A stretch of 46,474 bases of DNA from an uncultured Bdellovibrionales bacterium (GCA_964523015.1 CAZFXN010000006.1:21211-67684); one strand, 5' to 3'. Positions 27,954 to 37,245 are shown, numbered from the stretch's first letter. Numbers and translations are program-made. The notes: generated by a model not told the origin, from the sequence alone.

Positions 27954-29444
27954 CTATTGAGGGCTAAGCGTCAAATATAACGTTGTCGACTGATCAGACG
28001 ATCGGGTGTCTATTCTTCGAACAAGTACCATAAATGGCTCTTTTGCACTTATGCTCTTAATCTTCTCATTAAAATCAACCGTATTGGCTATGCTTTGTAA
28101 GCCAGCACCCCTTAACTGGATCCCCTCAAGGATATCTCCCCTTAAAAACCCTGCCTTCTCAGCTAATGAGCCGGGTTTAACAGCATTAACTAGTACGTCC
28201 CCTGCTCCTTCAGGAATCTTAAGTACTGCCGCTAAATCCTCGGTTAGATCTTTTAATATTAGACCAAGATTATCGAATTTTTCTTCAACATCTACCGGTA
28301 ATTTGCCTGGATCACCTTTGTCCTCAAGTTGCTCAATCGTAGCATTACTAGTTACAGTTTTACGCTCTCTAATTAATTCAAGTTTAACGGATTGGCCAAC
28401 TTTTGTATTTGCAACAAGTAACGGCAAATCATCATTTTCTTTAACTGGTTTTCCATTGTATGAAACAATAACATCACCAACCTTGAAATCTGATTTAGAT
28501 GCTGGGCTCCCTGGTAGAACATGTGAAACAAGCGCACCATAAGGAGTTTTAAGATCCAACACCTTAGCGACATCGGGAGTGACAGGTTGAATAATGACTC
28601 CCAACCATCCTCGGGTTACTTTACCGACATCTTTTAATTGTCTAATAACACCTTTAGCTAGATTAATTGGAACAGCAAAACCAATTCCAATATTAAAACC
28701 AGTACCACCAAACTGACTTTTTCCAGGACTAAATATGGCAGTATTGATACCAACAACCTGCCCTTTGGTATTAAAAAGTGGGCCTCCTGAGCTGCCTGGG
28801 TTAATTGAAGCATCTGTCTGAATAAAATGATCATATGGTCCACCACGCGGCACACGGCGAGATTTCGCTGAAACGATACCGGCCGTTACAGTTTGGCCAA
28901 GTTGAAACTGATTACCAATAGCTAAGACCCAATCTCCAACATCTATCGATTCGCTATCTCCTAAGTAGACTGGCTGTAGCTCACGTCCAGCATCGATCTG
29001 AATTAATGCAAGATCAGTTTTTGAATCTACGCCGACAACCTTAGCTGTATATTCCTGTTTATCATCTAAAAGTCGAATTACGATCTTGCCGGCCTTTTCA
29101 ATAACATGATTATTAGTAACGATAAGACCATCTTTGTTTATAATAAAACCGGAACCAAGAGATGAAACATCTCCGCCACCCTTAAATTTAAATGGTAATC
29201 CAGGAATTAATTCCTCTCCTTCAGCATTCTCCTCTGCCTTTGATTCAACAGAGATATTTACAACTGAATTACCTAACTCATTAGCAAGCACAGCAAAGCT
29301 TGGTACTGGAGCAAATTCTTTCTTAAGACCTGGTTGGCCCTCTTGAAAAACACCTTCTTCAGCAATTGCAATTGGGCACAGTGACAATGTTCCGATAATA
29401 AGACTGTATCGGAGTGTTGTTTTAAGTAATCTGAAATTATTCAT
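27954..29444 (-). CDS. htrA: Periplasmic serine endoprotease of the HtrA/DegP (Do) family with two PDZ domains.
   Basis: 496 aa with a signal peptide. The catalytic triad context is TNNHVIEKA (His), DLALIQID (Asp) and NPGSSGGPLFN (Ser). Two PDZ-like segments lie in the C-terminal half. Confidence 0.9.
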   Translation of the reverse strand: MNNFRLLKTTLRYSLIIGTLSLCPIAIAEEGVFQEGQPGLKKEFAPVPSFAVLANELGNSVVNISVESKAEENAEGEELIPGLPFKFKGGGDVSSLGSGFIINKDGLIVTNNHVIEKAGKIVIRLLDDKQEYTAKVVGVDSKTDLALIQIDAGRELQPVYLGDSESIDVGDWVLAIGNQFQLGQTVTAGIVSAKSRRVPRGGPYDHFIQTDASINPGSSGGPLFNTKGQVVGINTAIFSPGKSQFGGTGFNIGIGFAVPINLAKGVIRQLKDVGKVTRGWLGVIIQPVTPDVAKVLDLKTPYGALVSHVLPGSPASKSDFKVGDVIVSYNGKPVKENDDLPLLVANTKVGQSVKLELIRERKTVTSNATIEQLEDKGDPGKLPVDVEEKFDNLGLILKDLTEDLAAVLKIPEGAGDVLVNAVKPGSLAEKAGFLRGDILEGIQLRGAGLQSIANTVDFNEKIKSISAKEPFMVLVRRIDTRSSDQSTTLYLTLSPQ

Positions 29445-29451
29445 AAAGTGA

Positions 29452-29901
29452 TCAACCTTTCTTACCTGCCGAAACTTTAACGAAGGTAATCCTTAAATTG
29501 TGAAGAATATCCTGTATTAGAGTTGATTCTCTCTGATCAAGATTCCCTTTTGTTTTAGACTCTAACATAGTCAAAATATCGATAGTTTGCTTGGCTGCCA
29601 ATATATCCTTTGGAATAGAGACCCCAGCTGGTGGAGCAATCTCTCCAAGTTGCATAAGTGCCTGTGTAGCAAAGGACATAGCAAAACTACTGAAATCTAT
29701 CGCTGGTAGATCTGAGGAACTATCATTTATATTGGCATCGGTCATTTTAGATGAATCCTTTGATCTCTCTGAGTCCTCACCTGTTGACCTCTCCTTACCT
29801 TCAGAATCAAAACGTCGTCGATCAACAATCTTTAATTCCTCTTTCTCTAGTTCCTTTTTCTCTAGTTCCTTTTTCTCCAATTCCTCTTTCTCACTGTCCA
29901 T
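29452..29901 (-). CDS. DUF1844-like protein with an acidic N-terminal (EKKEL)n repeat region.
   Basis: 149 aa. The C-terminal conserved block IDFSSFAMSFATQALMQLGE...LAAKQTIDILTMLESKTKGNLDQRE resembles DUF1844. The N-terminus is encoded by tandem codon repeats (29770-29900). It lies 8 bp upstream of htrA on the same strand. Confidence 0.5.
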   Translation of the reverse strand: MDSEKEELEKKELEKKELEKEELKIVDRRRFDSEGKERSTGEDSERSKDSSKMTDANINDSSSDLPAIDFSSFAMSFATQALMQLGEIAPPAGVSIPKDILAAKQTIDILTMLESKTKGNLDQRESTLIQDILHNLRITFVKVSAGKKG

Positions 29902-30033
29902 GATAGTTTCTTATAACTTGTTAAAAAGACATGTCTAACATATCGATTATCTTAGTTTCCTTACCTAAAGATAGTCAATACATTTGTTTAGAGTTCTTTT
30001 TATTGATTTTCATAAGATTTAGTTAGAACAAAG

Positions 30034-30816
30034 ATGATTTTAAAGATCCTTGGCTGTGGCACATCAACAGGGGTACCAATACCAGGGTGCAACTGTCGAG
30101 TCTGCACTTCAGGTAACCCTAAAAATTCACGAACTAGAACTTCCGCCATCCTGATGCTTGATGACGGAAGAGGAATACTAATTGATGCCTCAACAGATCT
30201 TAGGCATCAAGCTCTGCGCTGGAATATAAAAAGAGTAGATGCTGTTCTTTATACTCATAGCCACGCCGATCATATTTTAGGCACAGACGATCTAAGATGC
30301 TTTAATTTTGTGCATAAAAATATTATCCAATGTTACGGATCAAAAGAAACATTAAATAGAGTCAAAGAATTCTTCAGTTATATATTTGATCCAAATCCTA
30401 ATTATAAAGGTGGCATGTTAGCCCAACTTTCATTAAATGAGATTGATGAAGTAACACCTTTTACAGTATGCAATATTGAAGTAAGGCCTTTTAAACTTGA
30501 GCATGGTGACATCTCAGTTACTGGCTATAGATTTGGGGACGTTGCCTACGCAACTGATTGCAAAGTTATACCTCACTCATCAAAAGAAACCTTAAAAGGG
30601 CTACGCTACTTAGTGTTAGACGGACTTAGGTTTAAACCTCATTCTACACATATGACCATTGATGAATCAGTCAGCCTTGCTTTAGAGCTAGGGATTGAAA
30701 AAACATATTTAACACATATGACTCATGACCTTGATTATGATGATCTTAAAGACAAGCTACCAGCTGGGATAGAGCCAGCATTTGATGGGCTAGAGATTCC
30801 TGTTGCCCCTTATTAA
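30034..30816 (+). CDS. PhnP-like MBL-fold metallo-hydrolase (phosphodiesterase family).
   Basis: 260 aa. The N-terminus GCGTSTGVPIPGCNCRVC resembles the PhnP Zn-Cys cluster. The HxHxDH motif is YTHSHADHILG. The C-terminus AFDGLEIPV is like PhnP GFDGMEIGV. Confidence 0.7.
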   Translation: MILKILGCGTSTGVPIPGCNCRVCTSGNPKNSRTRTSAILMLDDGRGILIDASTDLRHQALRWNIKRVDAVLYTHSHADHILGTDDLRCFNFVHKNIIQCYGSKETLNRVKEFFSYIFDPNPNYKGGMLAQLSLNEIDEVTPFTVCNIEVRPFKLEHGDISVTGYRFGDVAYATDCKVIPHSSKETLKGLRYLVLDGLRFKPHSTHMTIDESVSLALELGIEKTYLTHMTHDLDYDDLKDKLPAGIEPAFDGLEIPVAPY

Positions 30817-30914
30817 TACCAATTTCTGACCAGCTAGTATTTGTATAAAAAAATCTGATACTTTTAATAATCGTAGCTTGCATGGTTTCCTAAGGACTGC
30901 AAATCTTCGGTCCT

Positions 30915-32123
30915 ATGGAACTACCTATACAGATAGAATTTATTATATTCGGATTGACTCTATTAGGAGTTGCTGCATTTCATCATAAAACGATGCAAGT
31001 TGCAGTTACAGGTCTAACAACACTTACTCTTTATAAATTCCTTTTTACTGATTTTAGTTTACTACATCATTTAGGTCATGAGTGGCAGATTCTAGTTAAT
31101 CTTTTAGGATTACTTCTCGGTTTTACAATTCTGGCAGATTACTTTGAGAAGTCAGAGATCCCTGCTCTTTTGCCACATCTACTCCCAGACGATTGGAAAG
31201 GTGGATTTGTATTACTGCTAATAGTAACGATTCTCTCTAGTTTTCTAGATAACATTGCAGCAGCGATGATTGGTGGAGCAGTTGCTGGAGTAGTCTTTCA
31301 ACATAAGATCCATATCGGATATCTAGCAGCAATCGTAGCAGCAAGTAATGCTGGTGGTGCAGGTAGCGTATTAGGCGATACAACGACGACTATGATGTGG
31401 ATAGATGGAGTATCCGCATTTGATGTTACTCATGCTTTCGTAGGGTCTATTGTAGCTTTTTGCATATTTGGGACAATCGCCTCACGACAACAACACGCTT
31501 TTCAGCCAATTTTAAGGGATGATATTAAAGGAGCATTTCTCCACTGGAGATATATCTTCGCAGTTTTTCTGATCCTTACTGGTGCCATTATTACAAATGT
31601 AACCCTTGAGTTTCCGGCTCTTGGGATCTGGGCTGCTATTATTTTGTGCATATCTTTCTGTAAAACTGATTGGAGTATTTTACCACCAGCCTTTAAAGGA
31701 AGCGTATTTTTACTCTCATTAGTACTTAGTGCTTCGATGATGCCGGTAGAGTCTCTGCCAACTCCTACCTGGATGACAACTCTGGGACTAGGATTTCTAT
31801 CTGCAATATTTGATAATATTCCCCTTACAAAGCTAGCCCTAGAGCAAGGTGGATACGATTGGGGGTTTTTAGCCTTTGCTGTTGGATATGGAGGTTCTAT
31901 GATCTGGTTTGGATCTTCAGCTGGAGTCGCAATTTCAAATCTTTATCCTGATGCAAGATCTGTCACAGCTTGGATTAAAGGGGGATGGCATATCATCATT
32001 GGCTATGTTGTCGGATTTTTTGCGATGCTATGGTTAGTCGGCTGGCATCCGCATCCCTCACATAAAGAGAGCACAGTATTAACTCCGATTAATGAAATCC
32101 ATTCTGAAATAGATCCTCACTGA
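30915..32123 (+). CDS. Polytopic membrane transporter (ArsB/NhaD/CitMHS-like ion permease superfamily).
   Basis: 402 aa with about 10-12 hydrophobic helices and internal repeat symmetry. No soluble domain. Confidence 0.45.
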   Translation: MELPIQIEFIIFGLTLLGVAAFHHKTMQVAVTGLTTLTLYKFLFTDFSLLHHLGHEWQILVNLLGLLLGFTILADYFEKSEIPALLPHLLPDDWKGGFVLLLIVTILSSFLDNIAAAMIGGAVAGVVFQHKIHIGYLAAIVAASNAGGAGSVLGDTTTTMMWIDGVSAFDVTHAFVGSIVAFCIFGTIASRQQHAFQPILRDDIKGAFLHWRYIFAVFLILTGAIITNVTLEFPALGIWAAIILCISFCKTDWSILPPAFKGSVFLLSLVLSASMMPVESLPTPTWMTTLGLGFLSAIFDNIPLTKLALEQGGYDWGFLAFAVGYGGSMIWFGSSAGVAISNLYPDARSVTAWIKGGWHIIIGYVVGFFAMLWLVGWHPHPSHKESTVLTPINEIHSEIDPH

Positions 32124-32150
32124 TCAGGCAATTTTAACTAGATTTTTTTC

Positions 32151-32861
32151 TTAATATTTTTTTCTTAATAATTGCTGAGCAATCTCTAGGTCAAGAGGTG
32201 TTGTGATCTTTATATTTTCTCTCTCCCCTTTTACTATTCTGACCTTATGATGCAACTCAACTAATGAAGCGTCATCTGTGGATCCTGTAGTATTTTTTTT
32301 GTGAGCTTCAAGCAAGATTGCTGCTTTAAAGACTTGTGGTGTTTGAATAGCCCAGAGTTTGTCACGATCCAAAGATTGGATCACGAAATGTTGATCATCA
32401 ACCACTTTAACACTATCAACCATCGGAACAGCGACACTGACAGCTCCATGGTGTTTAGCCGCCTCAATAGCTCGAAGAATAACTTCTTTAGTTATAAGGC
32501 ACCTGGCAGCATCGTGAACTAGAATTAAATCATCAGGACCAACTCTAGATTCAATAAAGTTAAGTCCTTTTTTTACAGACTCTTGTCGGGTGGCACCGCC
32601 CTCGACAATTACTATGTTTGGATAAAGTGTCTTAAGAAACTCGAACTCTGCTAGATACTCTTTTGGAGCCATGACTACAATTTGGTTAATTGCACCGGAC
32701 TCAGAGAACTCTTTAACTGTCCATTCAATAATTTTTTTACCACAGATTTCAAGCAATGGCTTAGGAATCCCGGCATTCATACGTGATCCAGAACCCGCTG
32801 CTGGAATAATTGCGGTAACAGTTGTTACTGGCTGGGTAGTCGATGGTGCAGTCGATGACAT
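32151..32861 (-). CDS. ispD: 2-C-methyl-D-erythritol 4-phosphate cytidylyltransferase.
   Basis: The N-terminal nucleotide-binding motif is AIIPAAGSGSRMNAGIPKPLL. The overall length is typical of IspD. I place the start at ATG (complement 32859-32861). The ORF track uses an upstream TTG at 32867. Confidence 0.85.
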   Translation of the reverse strand: MSSTAPSTTQPVTTVTAIIPAAGSGSRMNAGIPKPLLEICGKKIIEWTVKEFSESGAINQIVVMAPKEYLAEFEFLKTLYPNIVIVEGGATRQESVKKGLNFIESRVGPDDLILVHDAARCLITKEVILRAIEAAKHHGAVSVAVPMVDSVKVVDDQHFVIQSLDRDKLWAIQTPQVFKAAILLEAHKKNTTGSTDDASLVELHHKVRIVKGERENIKITTPLDLEIAQQLLRKKY

Positions 32862-32931
32862 AGTCAATGACTCATTTTAATGACATCGTCTAATGACATA
32901 GCCAAATGACATAGCCAAATGACTCAACTGC
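32854..32931. repeat. Six tandem copies of a 13-bp unit (minus-strand unit tggctATGTCATT) overlapping the ispD start codon.
   Basis: The plus strand shows aatgac at 32855, 32867, 32880, 32893, 32906 and 32919, a period of 13. Each minus-strand unit carries ATGTCAT. The last unit contains the ispD initiation codon. Confidence 0.55.
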
Positions 32932-33438
32932 CTAAGCAGCGATAATGTCAGATAACTCACCACGAATCTTTTCCTGTGTACGTGCCTTGGCGATCGCTAT
33001 CTCTGATACTAAAAGCTCTCGCACAGTATCAAACATTTTTTTCTCGCCGAAAGAGAGTTCTTTTCCGCGACCAAGAACTGAAAGATCCCGAAGAACTTCA
33101 GCCATTTCATAAACAGAGCCTGTTTTAATCTTTTGGGTATATTCACGATATCTACGGTTCCAAGTTTGGGTGACAACTTTGATATTTCTCTGCCCAAGAA
33201 TTTTATAAATCTTTGATATTGTAATCTTATCAATAACTTTTCTAAGCCCAACAGTATCAGCTTGTGCTGTTGGCACCATAATCCGCATCCCTGATTCAAG
33301 GACATTGATCTCATAAAATCTGTGCTCTTCAGCACCGATTGTCTTTACTTTGACTTCAGTTATCTCACCAACACCGTGTGCTGGGTAAACAACTTTATCT
33401 CCGGCCTTGAATTGTACGATCTTTTTTACTGTAGCCAT
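32932..33438 (-). CDS. carD: CarD/CdnL-family RNA-polymerase-binding transcription regulator.
   Basis: The N-terminal Tudor-like RNAP-interaction domain is FKAGDKVVYPAHGVGEITEV. The length is about 168 aa from the internal Met MATVKK, which has the SD GAAAGG 4 nt upstream. The carD-ispD synteny is conserved in many bacteria. The track ORF extends to 33558. Confidence 0.8.
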   Translation of the reverse strand: MATVKKIVQFKAGDKVVYPAHGVGEITEVKVKTIGAEEHRFYEINVLESGMRIMVPTAQADTVGLRKVIDKITISKIYKILGQRNIKVVTQTWNRRYREYTQKIKTGSVYEMAEVLRDLSVLGRGKELSFGEKKMFDTVRELLVSEIAIAKARTQEKIRGELSDIIAA

Positions 33439-34139
33439 GCACCTTTCCAAAGTAATGACAAATTTTATGATAGATAGATGGATGTAGGAAGAATTCGCCA
33501 AACTAGGACCCTCCAACGAGATCCGGCGGAAGTGGGAGTATACAGTATTTCTGCTCACTGAGCAAACCAGGGGCAGTTATTAACTTATTGGTAAAATTGA
33601 CCAAATTTTGCTCGCTTTACTGGGCTATATAGCAGTTGTCATAAAGATTGAGACACTAATGTGAGGGGTCATTAATACAGTTTGTTGCAAAAGTTTCTTG
33701 AAAAGCCTACCGGCTTTACATTTTTACTTATGACAACTGCTATTTATCTTAATGTTGAATCTGACGCTACGCTAGCTAGCGTCAGCAATGTTAGGCTCTT
33801 ATTGCACTTCGTGCTAAAGAGCCTCCCCACCCAAGCTTCGCTTGGGGGCCCCTTAAAGGGGCTACTATAGTAATTGTCTCAAACATTTTGACAATTACTA
33901 TATATTAGGGAATTGCGTCCATAACAGATTACGATAGACTCTAATATATCGTTCTATCTTAGTTCTTTCTTCGTTCTTTCTTTTCTCAATCAGCGTAGAT
34001 TTTTTACCTCTCATGCATGCTTGGTGGATAGCATTTTTTTAAAGATCCTAGCTCATCTCTAGCACCTCCTTACCTCCAGGCCTGCATGGGTGGTCCCATG
34101 AAGGTTCTTTTTTAGGCACACAACCCTCAGGAGGGGTAC

Positions 34140-34700
34140 ATGACGATCCCGTCAAGTCAGCGATTGGGCTTTGTGCTTCAACGCTACACGACAACACCGA
34201 TCTCAGAGTATGGGGAGATCCCCGTCCAGGGTCGAGCGTTCAACGAGACTGCTGTTCTTCGCACTGAGATGCGGCTTCGCCGTGCCGATCCCAATCTGGT
34301 CTTCTCCGGAAACTTCTGGTTCGACTTCCGTCAAAGTGACGGGATGCCGAAGTCTGTGAGGCGATTCTTCGAATCGTACCTCGCGGTCACAGGGACGACT
34401 GATCTCTCTCAACTCGAAGTTCTGAATCCGGCCCGGTTCACACAAGAACTTCACGGATTCGGTGGTGCGATGACGTACTTCGGAGATCGGAGCAACGAGG
34501 AGATGATTCAAACCTTCTTCCTCTCTGCTTCAATCCTCCATCCGCGCGGACGCAAGGAAGGCTCACCCAAACTGGGTAGCCTACTGCAAGTCTTCCTCGA
34601 TACCCTCGATGAGGACTTTCCTGGCAACACGTTGATGAGCGGGTTCGAGAAATTCCTGCAGCCTCGTCGACGCAAACAGCGGATTCACGCCAGCTTCTGA
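34140..34700 (+). CDS. Hypothetical protein encoded in GC-rich island C; likely recently acquired.
   Basis: 186 aa and a coherent sequence. The SD AGGAGG lies 5 nt before the ATG. Codon third positions are strongly C/G-ending (ttc atc ctc gac aac), very different from neighbouring genes. A 12-bp inverted repeat with a T-rich tail follows the stop. I recognise no family. Confidence 0.5.
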   Translation: MTIPSSQRLGFVLQRYTTTPISEYGEIPVQGRAFNETAVLRTEMRLRRADPNLVFSGNFWFDFRQSDGMPKSVRRFFESYLAVTGTTDLSQLEVLNPARFTQELHGFGGAMTYFGDRSNEEMIQTFFLSASILHPRGRKEGSPKLGSLLQVFLDTLDEDFPGNTLMSGFEKFLQPRRRKQRIHASF

Positions 34701-34916
34701 GTCCCCCGATCCCCTCTGTCGCGGCTAAGATCAATCCTATTTGGGAATGCTCTTATGCTGCGACAGAGGGGGACTTCTCTCTTCTTCTTTTTTCTCCGCT
34801 CTTTTATCCTCTCTTTTCTCCTGTTTTTAACAAATGTTTCTAGGATCACCTATGTAGAAATTCTCCACAATTTAACCTATAACAATTCGAAACACATTTA
34901 TGTTAAATAGAGCGAT

Positions 34917-35987
34917 ATGAATCTCTATAAACTTATCCGTCCTCTACTTTTTACCCTCGATCCTGAGACTGCTCATAAAGTTACGATGTCTCTCACTTGC
35001 GTTACAAAAATTCAGCCAGTTAAATCTCTAATCTCTTCCCTTTTTTATTTTGAAGATCCAAGACTAAATGTTGATCTTTTTGGCTTAACTTTTAGAAACC
35101 CTCTTGGATTTGCTGCCGGGATTGATAAAAGCTGTACTGCCCTAGAACTCCTTTCCTGCCTTGGACCCGGTGCTATCGAAGTCGGCGTAGTAAGTGCAAA
35201 ACCGCAACTTGGAAATGAACGACCAAGAATTTTTAGATTCCCTGAGCAAAGGGCAATAATTAACCGGATGGGAAATCCAAATATCGGTGCTGATGCTGCT
35301 GCTCTAAATCTCAAAGCAACGAGAAAGCTTAACCTTAAGTTACCGCATATCGGTCTCAATATCGGTAAAACAACAGCTACCCCTCTTGAAGAAGCCACTG
35401 CTGATTGTGTTTACACTTTAAAAACACTTTATGATTATGTTGATTATTTTATAATTAATGTCTCCTGCCCTAACGTAAAAGATTATTCAAAATTACAGGA
35501 AAAAGAACATCTTTTAGAATTACTTATGGGACTGCAAGAAGCAAACGTTAGAAACAAACCTCTCCTTGTAAAACTTGCACCAGATCTATCAGAGATTGAG
35601 GTAGATGATGCCTTAGAGTGCTGTCTTGATACCAAGTTAAAACATAAAATTGCCGGTATTATCGCTACAAACACTACCCTTACACGGGATGGACTTCCAC
35701 TTTCCGCTCCTAGTACAGGAGGTATGAGCGGAAAACCATTATTTGAAAAATCTCTTACAATGATCTCTTCTCTTTCAAAAAAACTAACTGGAAAGTTACC
35801 CATAGTTGGAGTTGGTGGAGTATCCTCCGCTGAAGACGTGATTACAATGTTAAAAGCTGGTGCTAGCTTAGTTGAATTCTATACAGCTCTAGTTTATGAG
35901 GGCCCAGGACTTGTCAAAAAGATTAAGCAAGATCTAATAAAGATTATGGATCAAGACGGAGTTAAAAAAATTACAGAGTATTGTTAA
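34917..35987 (+). CDS. pyrD: Dihydroorotate dehydrogenase (quinone), class 2.
   Basis: 356 aa. The N-terminal membrane-associated helix MNLYKLIRPLLFTL is present. The TIM-barrel FMN site motifs are GFAAGIDK, NxGxxNxG-like NRMGNPNIG and IIATNTT. Confidence 0.9.
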   Translation: MNLYKLIRPLLFTLDPETAHKVTMSLTCVTKIQPVKSLISSLFYFEDPRLNVDLFGLTFRNPLGFAAGIDKSCTALELLSCLGPGAIEVGVVSAKPQLGNERPRIFRFPEQRAIINRMGNPNIGADAAALNLKATRKLNLKLPHIGLNIGKTTATPLEEATADCVYTLKTLYDYVDYFIINVSCPNVKDYSKLQEKEHLLELLMGLQEANVRNKPLLVKLAPDLSEIEVDDALECCLDTKLKHKIAGIIATNTTLTRDGLPLSAPSTGGMSGKPLFEKSLTMISSLSKKLTGKLPIVGVGGVSSAEDVITMLKAGASLVEFYTALVYEGPGLVKKIKQDLIKIMDQDGVKKITEYC

Positions 35988-36006
35988 TACTCTTTCTAAG
36001 ACCCTT

Positions 36007-37245
36007 CTAAAATTCCTTCCAGGCACCATTTTTTATTAGCTCAATTGTCTTACCACTATAGGTTTTAGCTACGACATCGACCTCTTCTGATGAGATCATC
36101 ATATCAGTATGAACTGAACTCTCATTACAGCCTATGTTTTTAGCCTCACTAGAATCGAGGGTATCTCCCCCTTCTATACAAAACTTATAGGCCGATCCAA
36201 CAGCGATATGACAAGCTGCATTTTCATCAAACAAGATCTCTTCAAAGATAAGTCCAGTTTGATAAATTGGAGAATCAATACCAACGAGTGCTACTTCACC
36301 TAATCGTCTCGCTCCCTCATCGCTTGATATATATTCAGAGAATGTTTCAGCTCCACTCTCGGCTTTAAAATCAACGATGTTGCCATCTTTAAACTCCATC
36401 GTTAGCCCTTGGATTAATTTACCATTGATTAAAAATGGCCTTGTTGCTCTTACTTTTCCATTTGTCTCTCGATAATCTGGAGTTGTAAAAACCTCTTCGG
36501 TTGGAATATTTGGCTCAAACGGAACACCTCTAGGACTTATATCTGTACCACCTTTGAACTTCGATCTTTCATGAAGTCCAACTCTAAGATCTGTCCCTGG
36601 TCCAGTAAAATGTAGCTCTTTTAATTTTAGTTCATTTAGTTTTTTTGCTCTATTTGCAAGCAACGTATTGTGAGCTTTCCAAGCTTGCAAACAATCAGCT
36701 CTATCAACTCGACACATTGAAAATATATTATCCCAAAGTGCAGCGTAGGCATCCTCGGCAGATTTCTTAGGAAATATTTTTTTAGCCCAAGCTGGAGTTG
36801 CCGCGGCGGCAACTGTCCAATGTACCTTTGATTTACCGATCCCCTCATCATAAAAATACTGGATGGCTTGACGCTGATACATTCTTTGAATATTAATTTT
36901 TTTAGGATCTAAATCTGAAAGCAGATCAGGATCTTCTGGCCCTACTATTTTTAAATTTGCGCCAACCTCGTCCACTAATTCAGAATATTTGGAGGCTATA
37001 AATGATGGAACGTACTTAAGAGACTCCTCATTGGAATTTTCAATTCTGAGCTTTACCAACCGCATATCGGTCAAATCAACGTTTACAAATTTAGCCCCGT
37101 GTTTATAAGCTGCTTCGGCGACTAAAAGGGCAAAGTCTTTGTGAAACGGCTCTGTTGAAATATTTACAATCTGCCCAGGTTGGACATTTAGGCCATGAGT
37201 AGCAAGTAATTCAGCGTATGCTTTTTGCTTATCAAAGAGGGTCAT
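36007..37245 (-). CDS. Aminopeptidase, M29 family (AmpS/PepS-type).
   Basis: 412 aa. Throughout its length it resembles thermophilic aminopeptidase T/PepS (MTLFDKQKAYAELLATHGLNVQPGQIVNI...). Confidence 0.85.
   Translation of the reverse strand: MTLFDKQKAYAELLATHGLNVQPGQIVNISTEPFHKDFALLVAEAAYKHGAKFVNVDLTDMRLVKLRIENSNEESLKYVPSFIASKYSELVDEVGANLKIVGPEDPDLLSDLDPKKINIQRMYQRQAIQYFYDEGIGKSKVHWTVAAAATPAWAKKIFPKKSAEDAYAALWDNIFSMCRVDRADCLQAWKAHNTLLANRAKKLNELKLKELHFTGPGTDLRVGLHERSKFKGGTDISPRGVPFEPNIPTEEVFTTPDYRETNGKVRATRPFLINGKLIQGLTMEFKDGNIVDFKAESGAETFSEYISSDEGARRLGEVALVGIDSPIYQTGLIFEEILFDENAACHIAVGSAYKFCIEGGDTLDSSEAKNIGCNESSVHTDMMISSEEVDVVAKTYSGKTIELIKNGAWKEF

Noticed and set aside
29770-29900. Tandem repeats of about 15-18 nt (ctctagttcctttttctc...).
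   Set aside because: They lie inside the DUF1844 coding sequence and encode the acidic (EKKEL)n N-terminal repeat. They are not a CRISPR array or a noncoding repeat.
34203-34734. Two minus-strand ORFs (102 aa and 98 aa) overlapping the island-C gene.
   Set aside because: They are antisense to a coherent plus-strand ORF that has an SD and codon bias. Long spurious ORFs are expected in GC-rich sequence.
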